A stretch of DNA of 64,000 bases from contig CBDDPY010000002.1 of assembly GCA_965232515.1 (NCBI GenBank), positions 5,728,001 through 5,792,000 of the forward strand. The letters run 5' to 3'. The DNA is from Alphaproteobacteria bacterium. GTDB taxonomy: Bacteria; Pseudomonadota; Alphaproteobacteria; GCA-2731375. The notes under the pieces are model-generated. The model ran no database searches. It worked only from the letters and a program-made list of their open reading frames with translations, and had not been told where the DNA came from. Position 1 is the stretch's first letter. Every line of letters starts with the position of its first letter. This document shows, in pieces, positions 23,360 to 32,548 of the stretch. A program made the translations under genes and the position numbers.

Positions 23360-24835
23360 TCAGTCCACGTCGTCGTGCCAGCTGCGGCCGTCACGTTCGA
23401 TCAGCGCGATGGCCGCCGTTGGTCCCCAGCCGCCGGCGCGATAAGGCTTCGGCTCCTGGCTCTTGGCGTGCCAGCCGTCGAGAATCGGCTCGACCCAGCC
23501 CCAGGCGGCCTCGACCTCGTCGCGGCGCATGAACAGCGTCGGATTGCCGCGCACCACATCCATCAACAGACGCTCGTAGGCGTCGGGATAGCGTACCTTG
23601 AAGGCTTCCGCGAAGCTCAGGTTTAGCGGCCCGGCCCTGAGCCGCATGCCGCCCGGTCCCGGGTCCTTGGTCATCAGCGTCAGCTTCACGCCCTCGTCCG
23701 GCTGCAGGCGCACGACCAGGCTGTTGGCCTGGATCTCGCCGGTATCGGACGGAAAGATCGAATGCGGGATCTCGCGGAAATGGATGACGATCTCGGACTT
23801 GCGCGCCGGCAGCCGCTTGCCCGTGCGCAGATAGAACGGCGTGCCGGCCCAACGCCAGTTCTCGACCTCGGCCTTGAGCACCACGAAGGTCTCGGTGTCG
23901 CTCGCCTCGGCCTCGATCTCTTCCAGATAACCGGGCGCGATCGCCCCATCGACGGCGCCGTCGCGATACTGGCCGCGCACGGTCTTCGCCGCCACGTCGT
24001 CGGCCAGGATCGGCTTCAACGCCCTGAGCACCTTCAGCTTCTCGTCGCGCACGGCGTCGGCTTCGAACTCGGTCGGCGGCTCCATCGCCACCAAACAGAG
24101 CAGCTGCAGGATATGGTTCTGCACCATGTCGCGCAGCGCGCCGGCCTTGTCGTAATAGCCGGCCCGGCCCTCGGCGCCGATGCTTTCGGCGACGGTGATC
24201 TGCACATGATCGATCGCGGCGTGGCTCCAGAGTGGCTCGAACAGCGAATTGGCGAAGCGAAGCGCCATCAGGTTCTGGACCGTCTCCTTGCCGAGATAGT
24301 GGTCGATGCGGAAGATCTGATGTTCGTCGAATACGGCGCCGACCGCGTCGTTGATCGCGCGCGCCGATTCCAGATCGTGGCCGATCGGCTTCTCCAGCAC
24401 GATGCGGGTGTTGGGGCCCGCCAGCTTGACCTTGGCCAGGTTGCGGCAGATCGGCCCAAACAGATCGGGCGCCGTCGCCAGGTAGAACACCCGGATGCGG
24501 TCGCCGTCGGCGAGCGTCTTCGTCAGACCGTCCCAGCCGTCGTCCGACGCCGCGTCCAGCGCCGCATAGTCCAGCCGCGCCAAGAACCGTTTCAGGCAGT
24601 CGCCGTCGATGTCGGCCGCCGGCACATAGTCGCGCAGCGCCTTGGTGACCGTCTCGACATAGGCGTCGCGCCCGAGGTCCTTGCGCGAGACGGCGACGAT
24701 GCGGCTCTCGGGCGGCATCTGTTCGTCGCGGTCGCGGTAATAGAGCGCCGGCAGCAGCTTGCGCAGCGTCAGGTCGCCGGTGCCGCCGAAGACAACCAGG
24801 TCGAAGATCTCGACGGGGATAATTTGCGCGGTCAA
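23360..24835 (-). CDS. zwf: Glucose-6-phosphate 1-dehydrogenase
   Basis: [34 protein letters not shown]; TTG start. Confidence 0.97.
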   Translation of the reverse strand: MTAQIIPVEIFDLVVFGGTGDLTLRKLLPALYYRDRDEQMPPESRIVAVSRKDLGRDAYVETVTKALRDYVPAADIDGDCLKRFLARLDYAALDAASDDGWDGLTKTLADGDRIRVFYLATAPDLFGPICRNLAKVKLAGPNTRIVLEKPIGHDLESARAINDAVGAVFDEHQIFRIDHYLGKETVQNLMALRFANSLFEPLWSHAAIDHVQITVAESIGAEGRAGYYDKAGALRDMVQNHILQLLCLVAMEPPTEFEADAVRDEKLKVLRALKPILADDVAAKTVRGQYRDGAVDGAIAPGYLEEIEAEASDTETFVVLKAEVENWRWAGTPFYLRTGKRLPARKSEIVIHFREIPHSIFPSDTGEIQANSLVVRLQPDEGVKLTLMTKDPGPGGMRLRAGPLNLSFAEAFKVRYPDAYERLLMDVVRGNPTLFMRRDEVEAAWGWVEPILDGWHAKSQEPKPYRAGGWGPTAAIALIERDGRSWHDDVD

Positions 24836-24890
24836 AAGACAGACTCCAATTCGGCCGCCGATGGGCCGAGGTCAAGCCGACCGGGGTTTG

Positions 24891-26198
24891 TTACATCCAA
24901 CCGAGCGTCGTCGGCAACCACAGCGCCACCGGCGGAAAGAACGTGATCAACATCAGCCGGCCGATATCGGCGATGAAGAACGGCATGATGCCGCGAAAAA
25001 TGGTGTTCAACGGCAGGTCCTTGGCCATGCCGTGCAGCACGAACACGTTGATCCCGATCGGCGGCGTGATCATGCCGATTTCCATCACCATGACATTGAC
25101 CACGCCCCACCAGATCGGATCGAAGCCCAGCGAGGTTACCAGCGGGTAAACGAACGGCAGCGTGATGACCATGGCGGCGACGGTGTCGAAGATGCTGCCC
25201 AGGATCAGGAACATCACCTGCAGCAGCAGAATCACGACGATCGGCGGCAGGTTCAGCGACTGGATGCCGTCGACGATGGCGCCCGGCAGGCCCGACAGCG
25301 TCACGAAATAGCTGAAGATCGAGGCGCCGATGATGATTAGGAAGATCAGCCCGGTATTCGCTGCGGTCTCGCCCAGGCAGTTCAAGAACGTGCGTGGCGT
25401 CAGCCGGCCGCGCGCCAGCGCCAGGAAGAAGGCAAAGCTGGCGCCGACGGACGCCGCCTCCGTGACCGTGAAGACACCGGTATAGATCCCGGCCGAGACC
25501 ACCACGGCCAGCAGCACCACGGCCCAGCATTCGGCCAGCACGCGCCAGCGCGCGGCCCAGCTCTCGCGCGGGCCGGTCGGCGCGGCCTCGGGGTTCAGCC
25601 GGGCGTAGATTGTGATGGCGCAGAAATAGAACAGCACCGTCAGCAGGCCAGGGATCACCGCCGCCGCGAACAGCGCGATGACGAACTCCTCGGTCAGCAC
25701 GCCATAGAGGATCATCACGACGGACGGCGGGATCAGCATGCCCAGCGTGCCGCCGGCGGCGATGCTGCCGCTGGCGAGCGTCGGCTTGTAGCCGCGTTCC
25801 AGCATTTCCGGCAGGGCGATGCGGGCCATCGTCGCCGTCGTCGCCACCGACGAGCCGCAGACCGCGCCGAAGCCGGCGCAGCCGCCGATGGTGGCCATGG
25901 CGAGCCCCCCGCGCCGGTGACCGAGGAACGCGTAGGCCAGGCGATAGATCTCGCTCGACAGGCCGCCGGCGCCGGCGAAGCTGCCCATCAGCAGGAACAT
26001 GGCCAGCACCGCCAGGCCTTCGTTCGAGATTGCCGCCGACGGTTCCGTGCCCAGGAGCGAGACCGCCGGCCCCCAACCGATCATCAGGCCGACGCAGACG
26101 AAGCCGGTCAGCCCCATGGCGATGCCGATCGGCACGTGCAGCAGGATCGCCACGAACATGGCGCCGATGCCCAACAGACCTGTGGTCAACGGGTCCAT
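24891..26198 (-). CDS. TRAP transporter large permease (DctM family)
   Basis: GGTLGMLIPPS, FTVTEAA, EIGMITPPIG; TGATG coupling with the small permease. Confidence 0.92.
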   Translation of the reverse strand: MDPLTTGLLGIGAMFVAILLHVPIGIAMGLTGFVCVGLMIGWGPAVSLLGTEPSAAISNEGLAVLAMFLLMGSFAGAGGLSSEIYRLAYAFLGHRRGGLAMATIGGCAGFGAVCGSSVATTATMARIALPEMLERGYKPTLASGSIAAGGTLGMLIPPSVVMILYGVLTEEFVIALFAAAVIPGLLTVLFYFCAITIYARLNPEAAPTGPRESWAARWRVLAECWAVVLLAVVVSAGIYTGVFTVTEAASVGASFAFFLALARGRLTPRTFLNCLGETAANTGLIFLIIIGASIFSYFVTLSGLPGAIVDGIQSLNLPPIVVILLLQVMFLILGSIFDTVAAMVITLPFVYPLVTSLGFDPIWWGVVNVMVMEIGMITPPIGINVFVLHGMAKDLPLNTIFRGIMPFFIADIGRLMLITFFPPVALWLPTTLGWM

Positions 26199-26749
26199 CA
26201 GCCGCCGCCGTCGCCGACCGTCTCGGAGGTCATCTGTTCCTGCACCCGCGGGCCGCGGCCGCGGATCGCGTCGTCCAGCCGCGACAGCAGCACCCAGGCT
26301 TGCACCGGCACGCACAACGCCATGATCGCTGTCGCGATCCACCACCACGGCGCCAGCGGCATCTCAATCGTGCCCGTCGTGCGGTTGTTCGCCTGCAGGT
26401 CCAGCGTCAGATAGAAGAACTGCCAGACCAGCAGCGCGAAGAAGGCGAGCGTCGCCGCCGCGCCGATGGTTTCCAGCCAGGCCGCGGCGCGCGGGCCGGC
26501 GGCGCGGCCGGCGAATCGGATGGTGATGTTGTGCCCCTGCAGCAGGCCTGCCGGAAAGCAGGTGCTGATGACGATGGCATAGACCACCTGGCCGAAGTCG
26601 CTGAAGCCCGACAGTCGCGGCAGGCCGAGCCAACGGGCGCTGCCGTCATAGAGCGTCAGCAGCGCCATCACCACCAGACCCGTGAACCCGGCGATGGCGA
26701 TCAGCCGGGTCCAACGCTGCAGCGACGCGTCGATCGCCGTCGCGGCCAC
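26198..26749 (-). CDS. TRAP transporter small permease (DctQ family)
   Basis: Four TM segments; lies between DctP and DctM. Confidence 0.85.
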   Translation of the reverse strand: MAATAIDASLQRWTRLIAIAGFTGLVVMALLTLYDGSARWLGLPRLSGFSDFGQVVYAIVISTCFPAGLLQGHNITIRFAGRAAGPRAAAWLETIGAAATLAFFALLVWQFFYLTLDLQANNRTTGTIEMPLAPWWWIATAIMALCVPVQAWVLLSRLDDAIRGRGPRVQEQMTSETVGDGGG

Positions 26750-26772
26750 GTCGTTTCAGCCGGACTTAAGCG

Positions 26773-27780
26773 TCAGCCGCCGCTGCGCGCTTCCTCCAGC
26801 GCCTTGGCGTAGGCATCGAACACGGACCTGCCGTTCTTGGACTTGGCGATCCACCAATCGTGTACCTGGCCTGCGCCCTTGGCGTAGCGTGCGCGGTCGG
26901 CGTCGGCGACCGGCAGCAGCCGCGGCTGGCCGTCGGCCCTGGCCTTGCCTTCGATCTCGGCCGAGATCGCGTCGTAGGCGGCACCTCCGGCCTTGGCCAT
27001 GGCCAGGCCGCCATGCTTGGTCATCGCGGCCTGCACGTCGGCCGGCAGCTTCTCCCAGGTGTTCTTGTTCATCAGCAGCAGGAACGGAATGACGCCGATC
27101 GGCACGTTGTAGGAATCGGCGACCAGCGGCATGGTCTTGAAGGTGCGCATGCCGGTCCAGCCCTGGATCACGCCGTCCAGCGTGCCGCGGTTCAGCGCCT
27201 CGTTCATCTCCGACGAGCTCATGGTCTGCGGCGCCGCGCCGATACTTTCCAGCCAGGCCGCGTGCACGGCGCCGACCGAGCGGATGCGCTTGTTCTTCAG
27301 ATCGGCAAGCCCGGTTATCGGCTCGCGCGTGAACACGATCGACGGCGCGCTCGCCCAGAAGCCGATCAGATGCGTGTCGTTCAGGCCGGTCAGCAGGCCC
27401 TGCTCGTAGAGCCGCCAGCCGGCCACCGAAGCCTCCAGCGCCGTCTCGGCCATGAACGGCAGCTCCAAGATCTGCAGCTCGGGGAACTGGCCGGCCGTGT
27501 AGCCCGGCAGCACCCAGGTCACGTCGGCGACGCCGTTCTTCACCAGTTCGTACTGCTTGAACGGGCTTTTGCCCAGCGTGCCGCCCCAGAACGCCTGCAG
27601 CCTGACCTTGTCGCCGACCTCGGCCTGGACCGCTTCCATCCACGGCTTGATCACCTTCGAGACGCCGACGCTCTTCTCCGGCACGAAGGTCGCCACCTTC
27701 ACCGTCACGGTATCGGCCGCCGCCGCACCCAGGCCCAGTCCCCATACGGCCACACCGGCCGCCAGCCACATCGAACGCAT
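26773..27780 (-). CDS. TRAP transporter substrate-binding protein (DctP family)
   Basis: Signal peptide, GGTLG, YTAGQFP..LELPF, DLKNKRIR, ALNRGTLDG. Confidence 0.9.
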   Translation of the reverse strand: MRSMWLAAGVAVWGLGLGAAAADTVTVKVATFVPEKSVGVSKVIKPWMEAVQAEVGDKVRLQAFWGGTLGKSPFKQYELVKNGVADVTWVLPGYTAGQFPELQILELPFMAETALEASVAGWRLYEQGLLTGLNDTHLIGFWASAPSIVFTREPITGLADLKNKRIRSVGAVHAAWLESIGAAPQTMSSSEMNEALNRGTLDGVIQGWTGMRTFKTMPLVADSYNVPIGVIPFLLLMNKNTWEKLPADVQAAMTKHGGLAMAKAGGAAYDAISAEIEGKARADGQPRLLPVADADRARYAKGAGQVHDWWIAKSKNGRSVFDAYAKALEEARSGG

Positions 27781-27841
27781 ATCCTGCCTCTCCTTTGTCT
27801 TGCCTCCCCGCGGATGCGGGTTTGTCGTTGTTATCCAACCG

Positions 27842-28615
27842 TCAGTTCATGAACACGCCGCCGTTCACATGCAGCGTCTGGCCGGTGACATAGCCGGCCG
27901 CGTCGCTCAGCAGAAACAGCGTCGGCCCGACCACGTCGTCCGCCTCGGCGATCCGGCCCAGCGGTATGGCCTTCGCATAGGTCTCGATATCCAGGTTCGT
28001 CGTGCCGTCCTCGTCCGAGCGTCCGGTGCCGCCGCGCAGAAAGGCCGTGTCGACCGCGCTCGGCGCCACCGCGTTGACGCGGATATCCGGCGCCCATTCC
28101 AGCGCCAGCGTCTTGGTCATGGCGATGACGCCGGCCTTGGCCGCGCCGTAGGGGCCATAGCCCGGCGCCGGCTTGGCGCCAAGCCCGGAAGCCATGTTCA
28201 CCAGCGCCGGCCGCTGTCCACGTTGCAGGCAGCGGCGGGCGGCCCGGGCCACCAGGTAGGCCGCTTTCAGGTTGCCGGCGATGACGGCGTCCCAGTCGGC
28301 TTCGCCGATGCCGTCGAGCGGCTGGGTCTCGGCGGTGAAGCCGCACAGATTGATCAGCCCGTCGAGCCCGTCCCAGCGCCGCATCAGCATGGTGAAGGCG
28401 CCGTCGACCTGGCCCGCGTCGGTCGCGTCCAACGGAATGGCGGCAAAAACGTGCTCCGGCGGATGCCGGTTCAGCGAGGCCGGCAGGTCCACCACCGCCA
28501 CCCGCGCGTCGTCGGCCAGCAGCGCCGTCACCACGGCGCGGCCGATGCCGCCGCAGCCGCCGACCACGGCGATACGCCGGCCGGCCAGCGTGGTGCTGTC
28601 CCGCCAGGATGTCAT
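27842..28615 (-). CDS. Short-chain dehydrogenase/reductase
   Basis: GGCGGIG, YGAAK, IRVNAVAP, TGQTLHVNGG; ATGA overlap with the upstream gene. Confidence 0.9.
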   Translation of the reverse strand: MTSWRDSTTLAGRRIAVVGGCGGIGRAVVTALLADDARVAVVDLPASLNRHPPEHVFAAIPLDATDAGQVDGAFTMLMRRWDGLDGLINLCGFTAETQPLDGIGEADWDAVIAGNLKAAYLVARAARRCLQRGQRPALVNMASGLGAKPAPGYGPYGAAKAGVIAMTKTLALEWAPDIRVNAVAPSAVDTAFLRGGTGRSDEDGTTNLDIETYAKAIPLGRIAEADDVVGPTLFLLSDAAGYVTGQTLHVNGGVFMN

Positions 28616-29316
28616 GCCAGCGCCGGTTCCCGGCCGAAGGGCGCCAGCACGGTCTCCGCCAGGCAGAGATTCGACGACAGGATCGGGATGTTGGATTGCG
28701 GCTGCGCCCGGGCGATCGTCGCCAGCGTCGGCAGGCCGGTGCCGGTCAGCAACACGGCGTCGGCGGTCGACAGGTCGGCTTCGGCCAGCGCCCGGCAGGC
28801 GCTGTCGCCCGCGAGTCCATAAATGGCCGCCGTGTCGTCGCCGCCGATCTCGACCCGCGTGACGCCGACGATGTCGTAGCCGGCGTCGGTCCAATAGCTG
28901 ATCGACGCTTCCGTCAGCCAATCGGGATAGGGCGAGACCAGCGCCAGTCGTTTGACGCCGCGGCGGTCGAGCGCCGCCGAGATGGCTGCGGTCGCCGTCA
29001 CGATCGGATAGCCGACCTCGGCGCCGACCTGGGTGGCGATCTGATTCTCCCACGCGGCGCCCACCATGTAGGACGAGCCGGTGCAGGCGAAGGCGAAACC
29101 ATCGAGTTGCAGGCTGCCGTAAGCCGACAGATAGGCTGGCAGGTCCTCGATATACTCGATCAGGCGCTGCCGGGCGTCGGTTGCCCTGCTGGTCAACCGG
29201 GTCACGTAGTAATCGATATCGGCCGGCAACAGCCGCCGGAATTCAGGCTCGACGGTCGGATTGGCTTGCGGCGTGCCGACGCCGATACGGATCTGTTTTT
29301 GCGGGCCTTCTGTCAT
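28612..29316 (-). CDS. Asp/Glu racemase-fold protein (maleate isomerase / arylmalonate decarboxylase family)
   Basis: PQANPTVEPE, FACTGSS, LVSPY, LTGTGLPT, PILSSN. Confidence 0.85.
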   Translation of the reverse strand: MTEGPQKQIRIGVGTPQANPTVEPEFRRLLPADIDYYVTRLTSRATDARQRLIEYIEDLPAYLSAYGSLQLDGFAFACTGSSYMVGAAWENQIATQVGAEVGYPIVTATAAISAALDRRGVKRLALVSPYPDWLTEASISYWTDAGYDIVGVTRVEIGGDDTAAIYGLAGDSACRALAEADLSTADAVLLTGTGLPTLATIARAQPQSNIPILSSNLCLAETVLAPFGREPALA

Positions 29317-30533
29317 GGAATTGCGGCTGCTTCGCGCAGCCCCTCGATCATCGATGTTTTCAGCAGGTAGGGCCTGGCTTTTGCCGGATTTTCAGCCGTT
29401 TTCTGCAGTTCCGCCAGCGCCGCGCGGCGTTTCGCTGGGTCCTTTTCCGTCATCCGGCGCCGGTTGCCGTCGGCCTGCTGCAAGATCTGACGCTCGGCGA
29501 TGGGCTTTCGCTGGCGGGTATAGCGGTCGAGTAGGGCCGGATCGCCGCCGCGCCAGACCTCGGCCAGCTTCTCCGTCAGATTGAAGGCGTCGTGGATGCC
29601 GCCGTTCATGCCCATGCCGCCACTGGGACTGTTCAGGTGCGCGGCGTCGCCGGCCAGCAGCACCCGACCGGCCCGGTAGTCGGCGACGATGCGCTGATGC
29701 ACCCGGTAGGGCCGTTTGTCGACGATATCGAACGGTTCCTCCGACGGATAAATGTCGTGGAGCTGGGCCTGGATTCGGTCGTCGGCCAGCGCTTGTTCCG
29801 TCGGCAGGCCGGGTGGGTAGTACAGGCTGCAGCGCCACAGGTTCGGCAGCCTGAGCAGCGCGAAATTGCCGTCCGCCGCCCAGCAATAGTTGACGTTCGA
29901 TAGGCCGTCGATGTGGTCGTGAAACCGGAAGCGGGTCGAGGCCAGAACCGTCGTCTCCGGGTAGGTTGCGCCTTCCATGGCCAGGCCCAAGAGCGTCCGG
30001 GTCGCGCTGGCCGCGCCGTCGGCGCCGATCAGGTAGGGCCCCCGCACACGGTCTTCCGCGCCGTCTCGCCTCAGCATGGCGGTTACGCCGTCGGCATCCT
30101 GGCTCAGCCCGGTCAGTTCGGCGCCGAAGCGGAAGTCGACCAATGGGTCGCCCGCCAGCAGATCGGCCAGCAGCCGCACCAGATTGCCCTGCTCACATTG
30201 CAGCCTGTAGGGATGGTCCGTTTCGTCGGCGATCAGGCTCAGGTCGAATTCCGCCTTCTCGCCGGTGGCATGCATGCGCACCTGCCACGTCGGCGCCAGC
30301 AGGCCCATGGGAATCAGCTCGGATGTGACGCCATAGGGCGCCAGCATGTCCAGCGTCGGCGGATGGAATGTCGAGGCCCGGAGATCGCGGCTGACGTCCG
30401 CCTCGCGCTCGATCACCGTCACCGGGATTCCGTACCCGGCCAGCCGCAGCGCCGCCACCAGACCGACCGGTCCGGCGCCGACCACGATAATCCTTGCCTC
30501 GGACGCCCCCAATGCTTTCCCCAAGTGGCCCAC
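29313..30533 (-). CDS. FAD-dependent monooxygenase (aromatic-ring hydroxylase type)
   Basis: GAGPVG, IGADGAAS, LAGDAAHLNSPSGGMGMN; start uncertain. Confidence 0.9.
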   Translation of the reverse strand: MGHLGKALGASEARIIVVGAGPVGLVAALRLAGYGIPVTVIEREADVSRDLRASTFHPPTLDMLAPYGVTSELIPMGLLAPTWQVRMHATGEKAEFDLSLIADETDHPYRLQCEQGNLVRLLADLLAGDPLVDFRFGAELTGLSQDADGVTAMLRRDGAEDRVRGPYLIGADGAASATRTLLGLAMEGATYPETTVLASTRFRFHDHIDGLSNVNYCWAADGNFALLRLPNLWRCSLYYPPGLPTEQALADDRIQAQLHDIYPSEEPFDIVDKRPYRVHQRIVADYRAGRVLLAGDAAHLNSPSGGMGMNGGIHDAFNLTEKLAEVWRGGDPALLDRYTRQRKPIAERQILQQADGNRRRMTEKDPAKRRAALAELQKTAENPAKARPYLLKTSMIEGLREAAAIP

Positions 30534-30595
30534 CCGGCTCGTAACGATAAACCGGTTTCTTGCACTTGTCTGCTTTTACGGACAACCTGTGTCGC

Positions 30596-31378
30596 ATGAC
30601 CGATGCGGCACATCCTATCCCGGCGGTGGAGGCCGGTCAGGGCCTGACGCTCTATCACCGCATCTATGTGCGTTTGCGCCAGATGATCCGCGACGGCGTG
30701 TTCGAACCGATGACGCCCATGCCCAGCGAACCGTCGCTCGCGCATGCGCTCGACGTTTCGCGCGCCACGGTGCGTCGGGCGCTGGGTATGCTGGTCGACG
30801 AAGGTCTGGTCGAGCGTCGACACGGTATCGGCACGTTTGCGGTGCCGAACCCCGCGCCAGCGACGCCGATCGGCGGTCTCGTCGAGAACCTGATCACCAT
30901 CGGGCTCGAGACCGAGGCCCGCGTTCTGTCCGCGGGGCCCGCCCAACCGCCCGCCGCCGTCGCCCGGCTGCTCGGCTTGCCGTCGGCGACAGCGGCGTTC
31001 CGCCTCGTCCGCCTGCGCAGCCATGCCGGCCAGCCGTTCTCGTATTCGACCGTCTACGTACCACTCGCCATCGCCGCCGCCATCGACTTCGATACACTCG
31101 GCAGCGATCCGGTCGTGCGGGCCCTGGAGGCGGCCGGCCAACGCCCGGCGCGAGCGGAGCAGTCGTTAAGCGCGACTCTGGCCGAGGCCGACATCGGCGC
31201 GCACCTGGGCGTCCCGGCGGGGGCGCCGCTCACCGTAATGCGCCGCGTCGTCTACGCCGCCGACGACACGCCAATTCTGCATCAGCAAAGCCACTACCGG
31301 CCCGATCTCTACGAATACCGCATGACGCTGACCCGCCAACGCCACAACGCCGGCCCGCGCTGGACCCCGGTGGGTTAG
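30596..31378 (+). CDS. GntR-family regulator (HutC/UTRA type)
   Basis: MPSE..LA..LDVSRATVRRAL..L..EGLVERRHGIGTF plus UTRA domain; divergent from the monooxygenase operon. Confidence 0.9.
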   Translation: MTDAAHPIPAVEAGQGLTLYHRIYVRLRQMIRDGVFEPMTPMPSEPSLAHALDVSRATVRRALGMLVDEGLVERRHGIGTFAVPNPAPATPIGGLVENLITIGLETEARVLSAGPAQPPAAVARLLGLPSATAAFRLVRLRSHAGQPFSYSTVYVPLAIAAAIDFDTLGSDPVVRALEAAGQRPARAEQSLSATLAEADIGAHLGVPAGAPLTVMRRVVYAADDTPILHQQSHYRPDLYEYRMTLTRQRHNAGPRWTPVG

Positions 31379-31397
31379 GCGGGGCGTCGCCAATCTC

Positions 31398-31484
31398 TGG
31401 GTTGCCGGGTCGAGCCCGGCAACGACGGAAGGGCGGTGATTTCGCCACAACAGCCGTCATGCCCGGACTTGATCCGGGCATCCA
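31398..31484. repeat. REP-like doublet
   Basis: TGGGTTGCCGGGTCGAGCCCGGCAACGAC (31398-31426) and GTCATGCCCGGACTTGATCCGGGCATCCA (31456-31484). Confidence 0.8.
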
Positions 31485-31536
31485 TCGGCGTCGATGACGT
31501 TCGCAATCCGTTGGAACGGCCGGCGCCAACGGCGCC

Positions 31537-32352
31537 TTAGCCAGGCGCGGTGCCGTCGCCCTCCGTAGCGGGTTTGGCGTGCGCGGCGAGGCGGGCCTGC
31601 TCCTCGACCCAGCCGCGGATGTATTCCTCGACGTGGGCGTCGCCGGAATCGGTCAGCTTCTCGGTCGGGCCGGTCCAGCAGATCGCGCCGGCGTGCAGCA
31701 TGGCGACGTGGTCCGAGATCACGTGGGCGCTGTCGATATCGTTGGTGATCGAGATCACTGTCGTATTCAGGTCGCGCACGATCTCGGCGATCATGTCGCT
31801 GATGCCGTTGCTGAGGATCGGGTCCAGGCCGGCCGTCGGCTCGTCCAGCAGCAGGATCTCCGGCTCACCGGCAATCGCGCGGGCCAGGGCCACCCGCTTC
31901 TGCATGCCGCCCGACAGCTCGGCCGGCAGCAGGTCGGCGACATCCGTGCCCATATGCACCAGCGCCAGCTTCTGGATGGCGATGTCGCGGGCCTCGTCGC
32001 GGCTGCATTGCTTGGTCTGCAGCAGGCGAAAGGCGATGTTCTCCCAGACCTTCATGCTGTCGAACAGCGCCGAGCGCTGGAACAGCATACCGATCTTCTC
32101 GAGCGCGCCGTTCGACACCCGCCCGCGGCCGGGCCGGTTGGCCTCGTCCCCATCGATCGCGACGCTGCCAGCGTCCGGACGCACCAGGCCGATGATGCAT
32201 TTCAGCAGCACGGTCTTGCCGCTGCCGGATTCGCCCAGCAGCACCCAAGCCTCGCCGGCGCCGATCTCGAGATCGACCCCGGTCAGCACCGGATCGCGGC
32301 CGAAGGCCTTGCAGAGGTCACGGACCTGGATTTTCGTGGGCTGGGCGCTCAT
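31537..32352 (-). CDS. ABC transporter ATP-binding protein, MlaF/Ttg2A-like
   Basis: GESGSGKT, GMLFQRSALFDSM, LSGGMQKRVALARA, DEPTAGLDP; H-loop reads ITND rather than ITHD. Confidence 0.85.
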   Translation of the reverse strand: MSAQPTKIQVRDLCKAFGRDPVLTGVDLEIGAGEAWVLLGESGSGKTVLLKCIIGLVRPDAGSVAIDGDEANRPGRGRVSNGALEKIGMLFQRSALFDSMKVWENIAFRLLQTKQCSRDEARDIAIQKLALVHMGTDVADLLPAELSGGMQKRVALARAIAGEPEILLLDEPTAGLDPILSNGISDMIAEIVRDLNTTVISITNDIDSAHVISDHVAMLHAGAICWTGPTEKLTDSGDAHVEEYIRGWVEEQARLAAHAKPATEGDGTAPG

Positions 32353-32548
32353 GCGCGGGAACGCGATGCGACGGACGACATGGTCAAGATGCGTCCCCCA
32401 TTTGCGCCCGTCTTGTCAACTGGGAATCGGTTCATCAGCCGTTCCGCATGTTGGGGAACCGCACCAGGCCGCGACTGCGGCCCGCCGGCCGTCCGGCGCG
32501 CCCGCGCAGGCGCGGACCGCTAGGTCCACTGCCGTGCGCGACCTAAAT

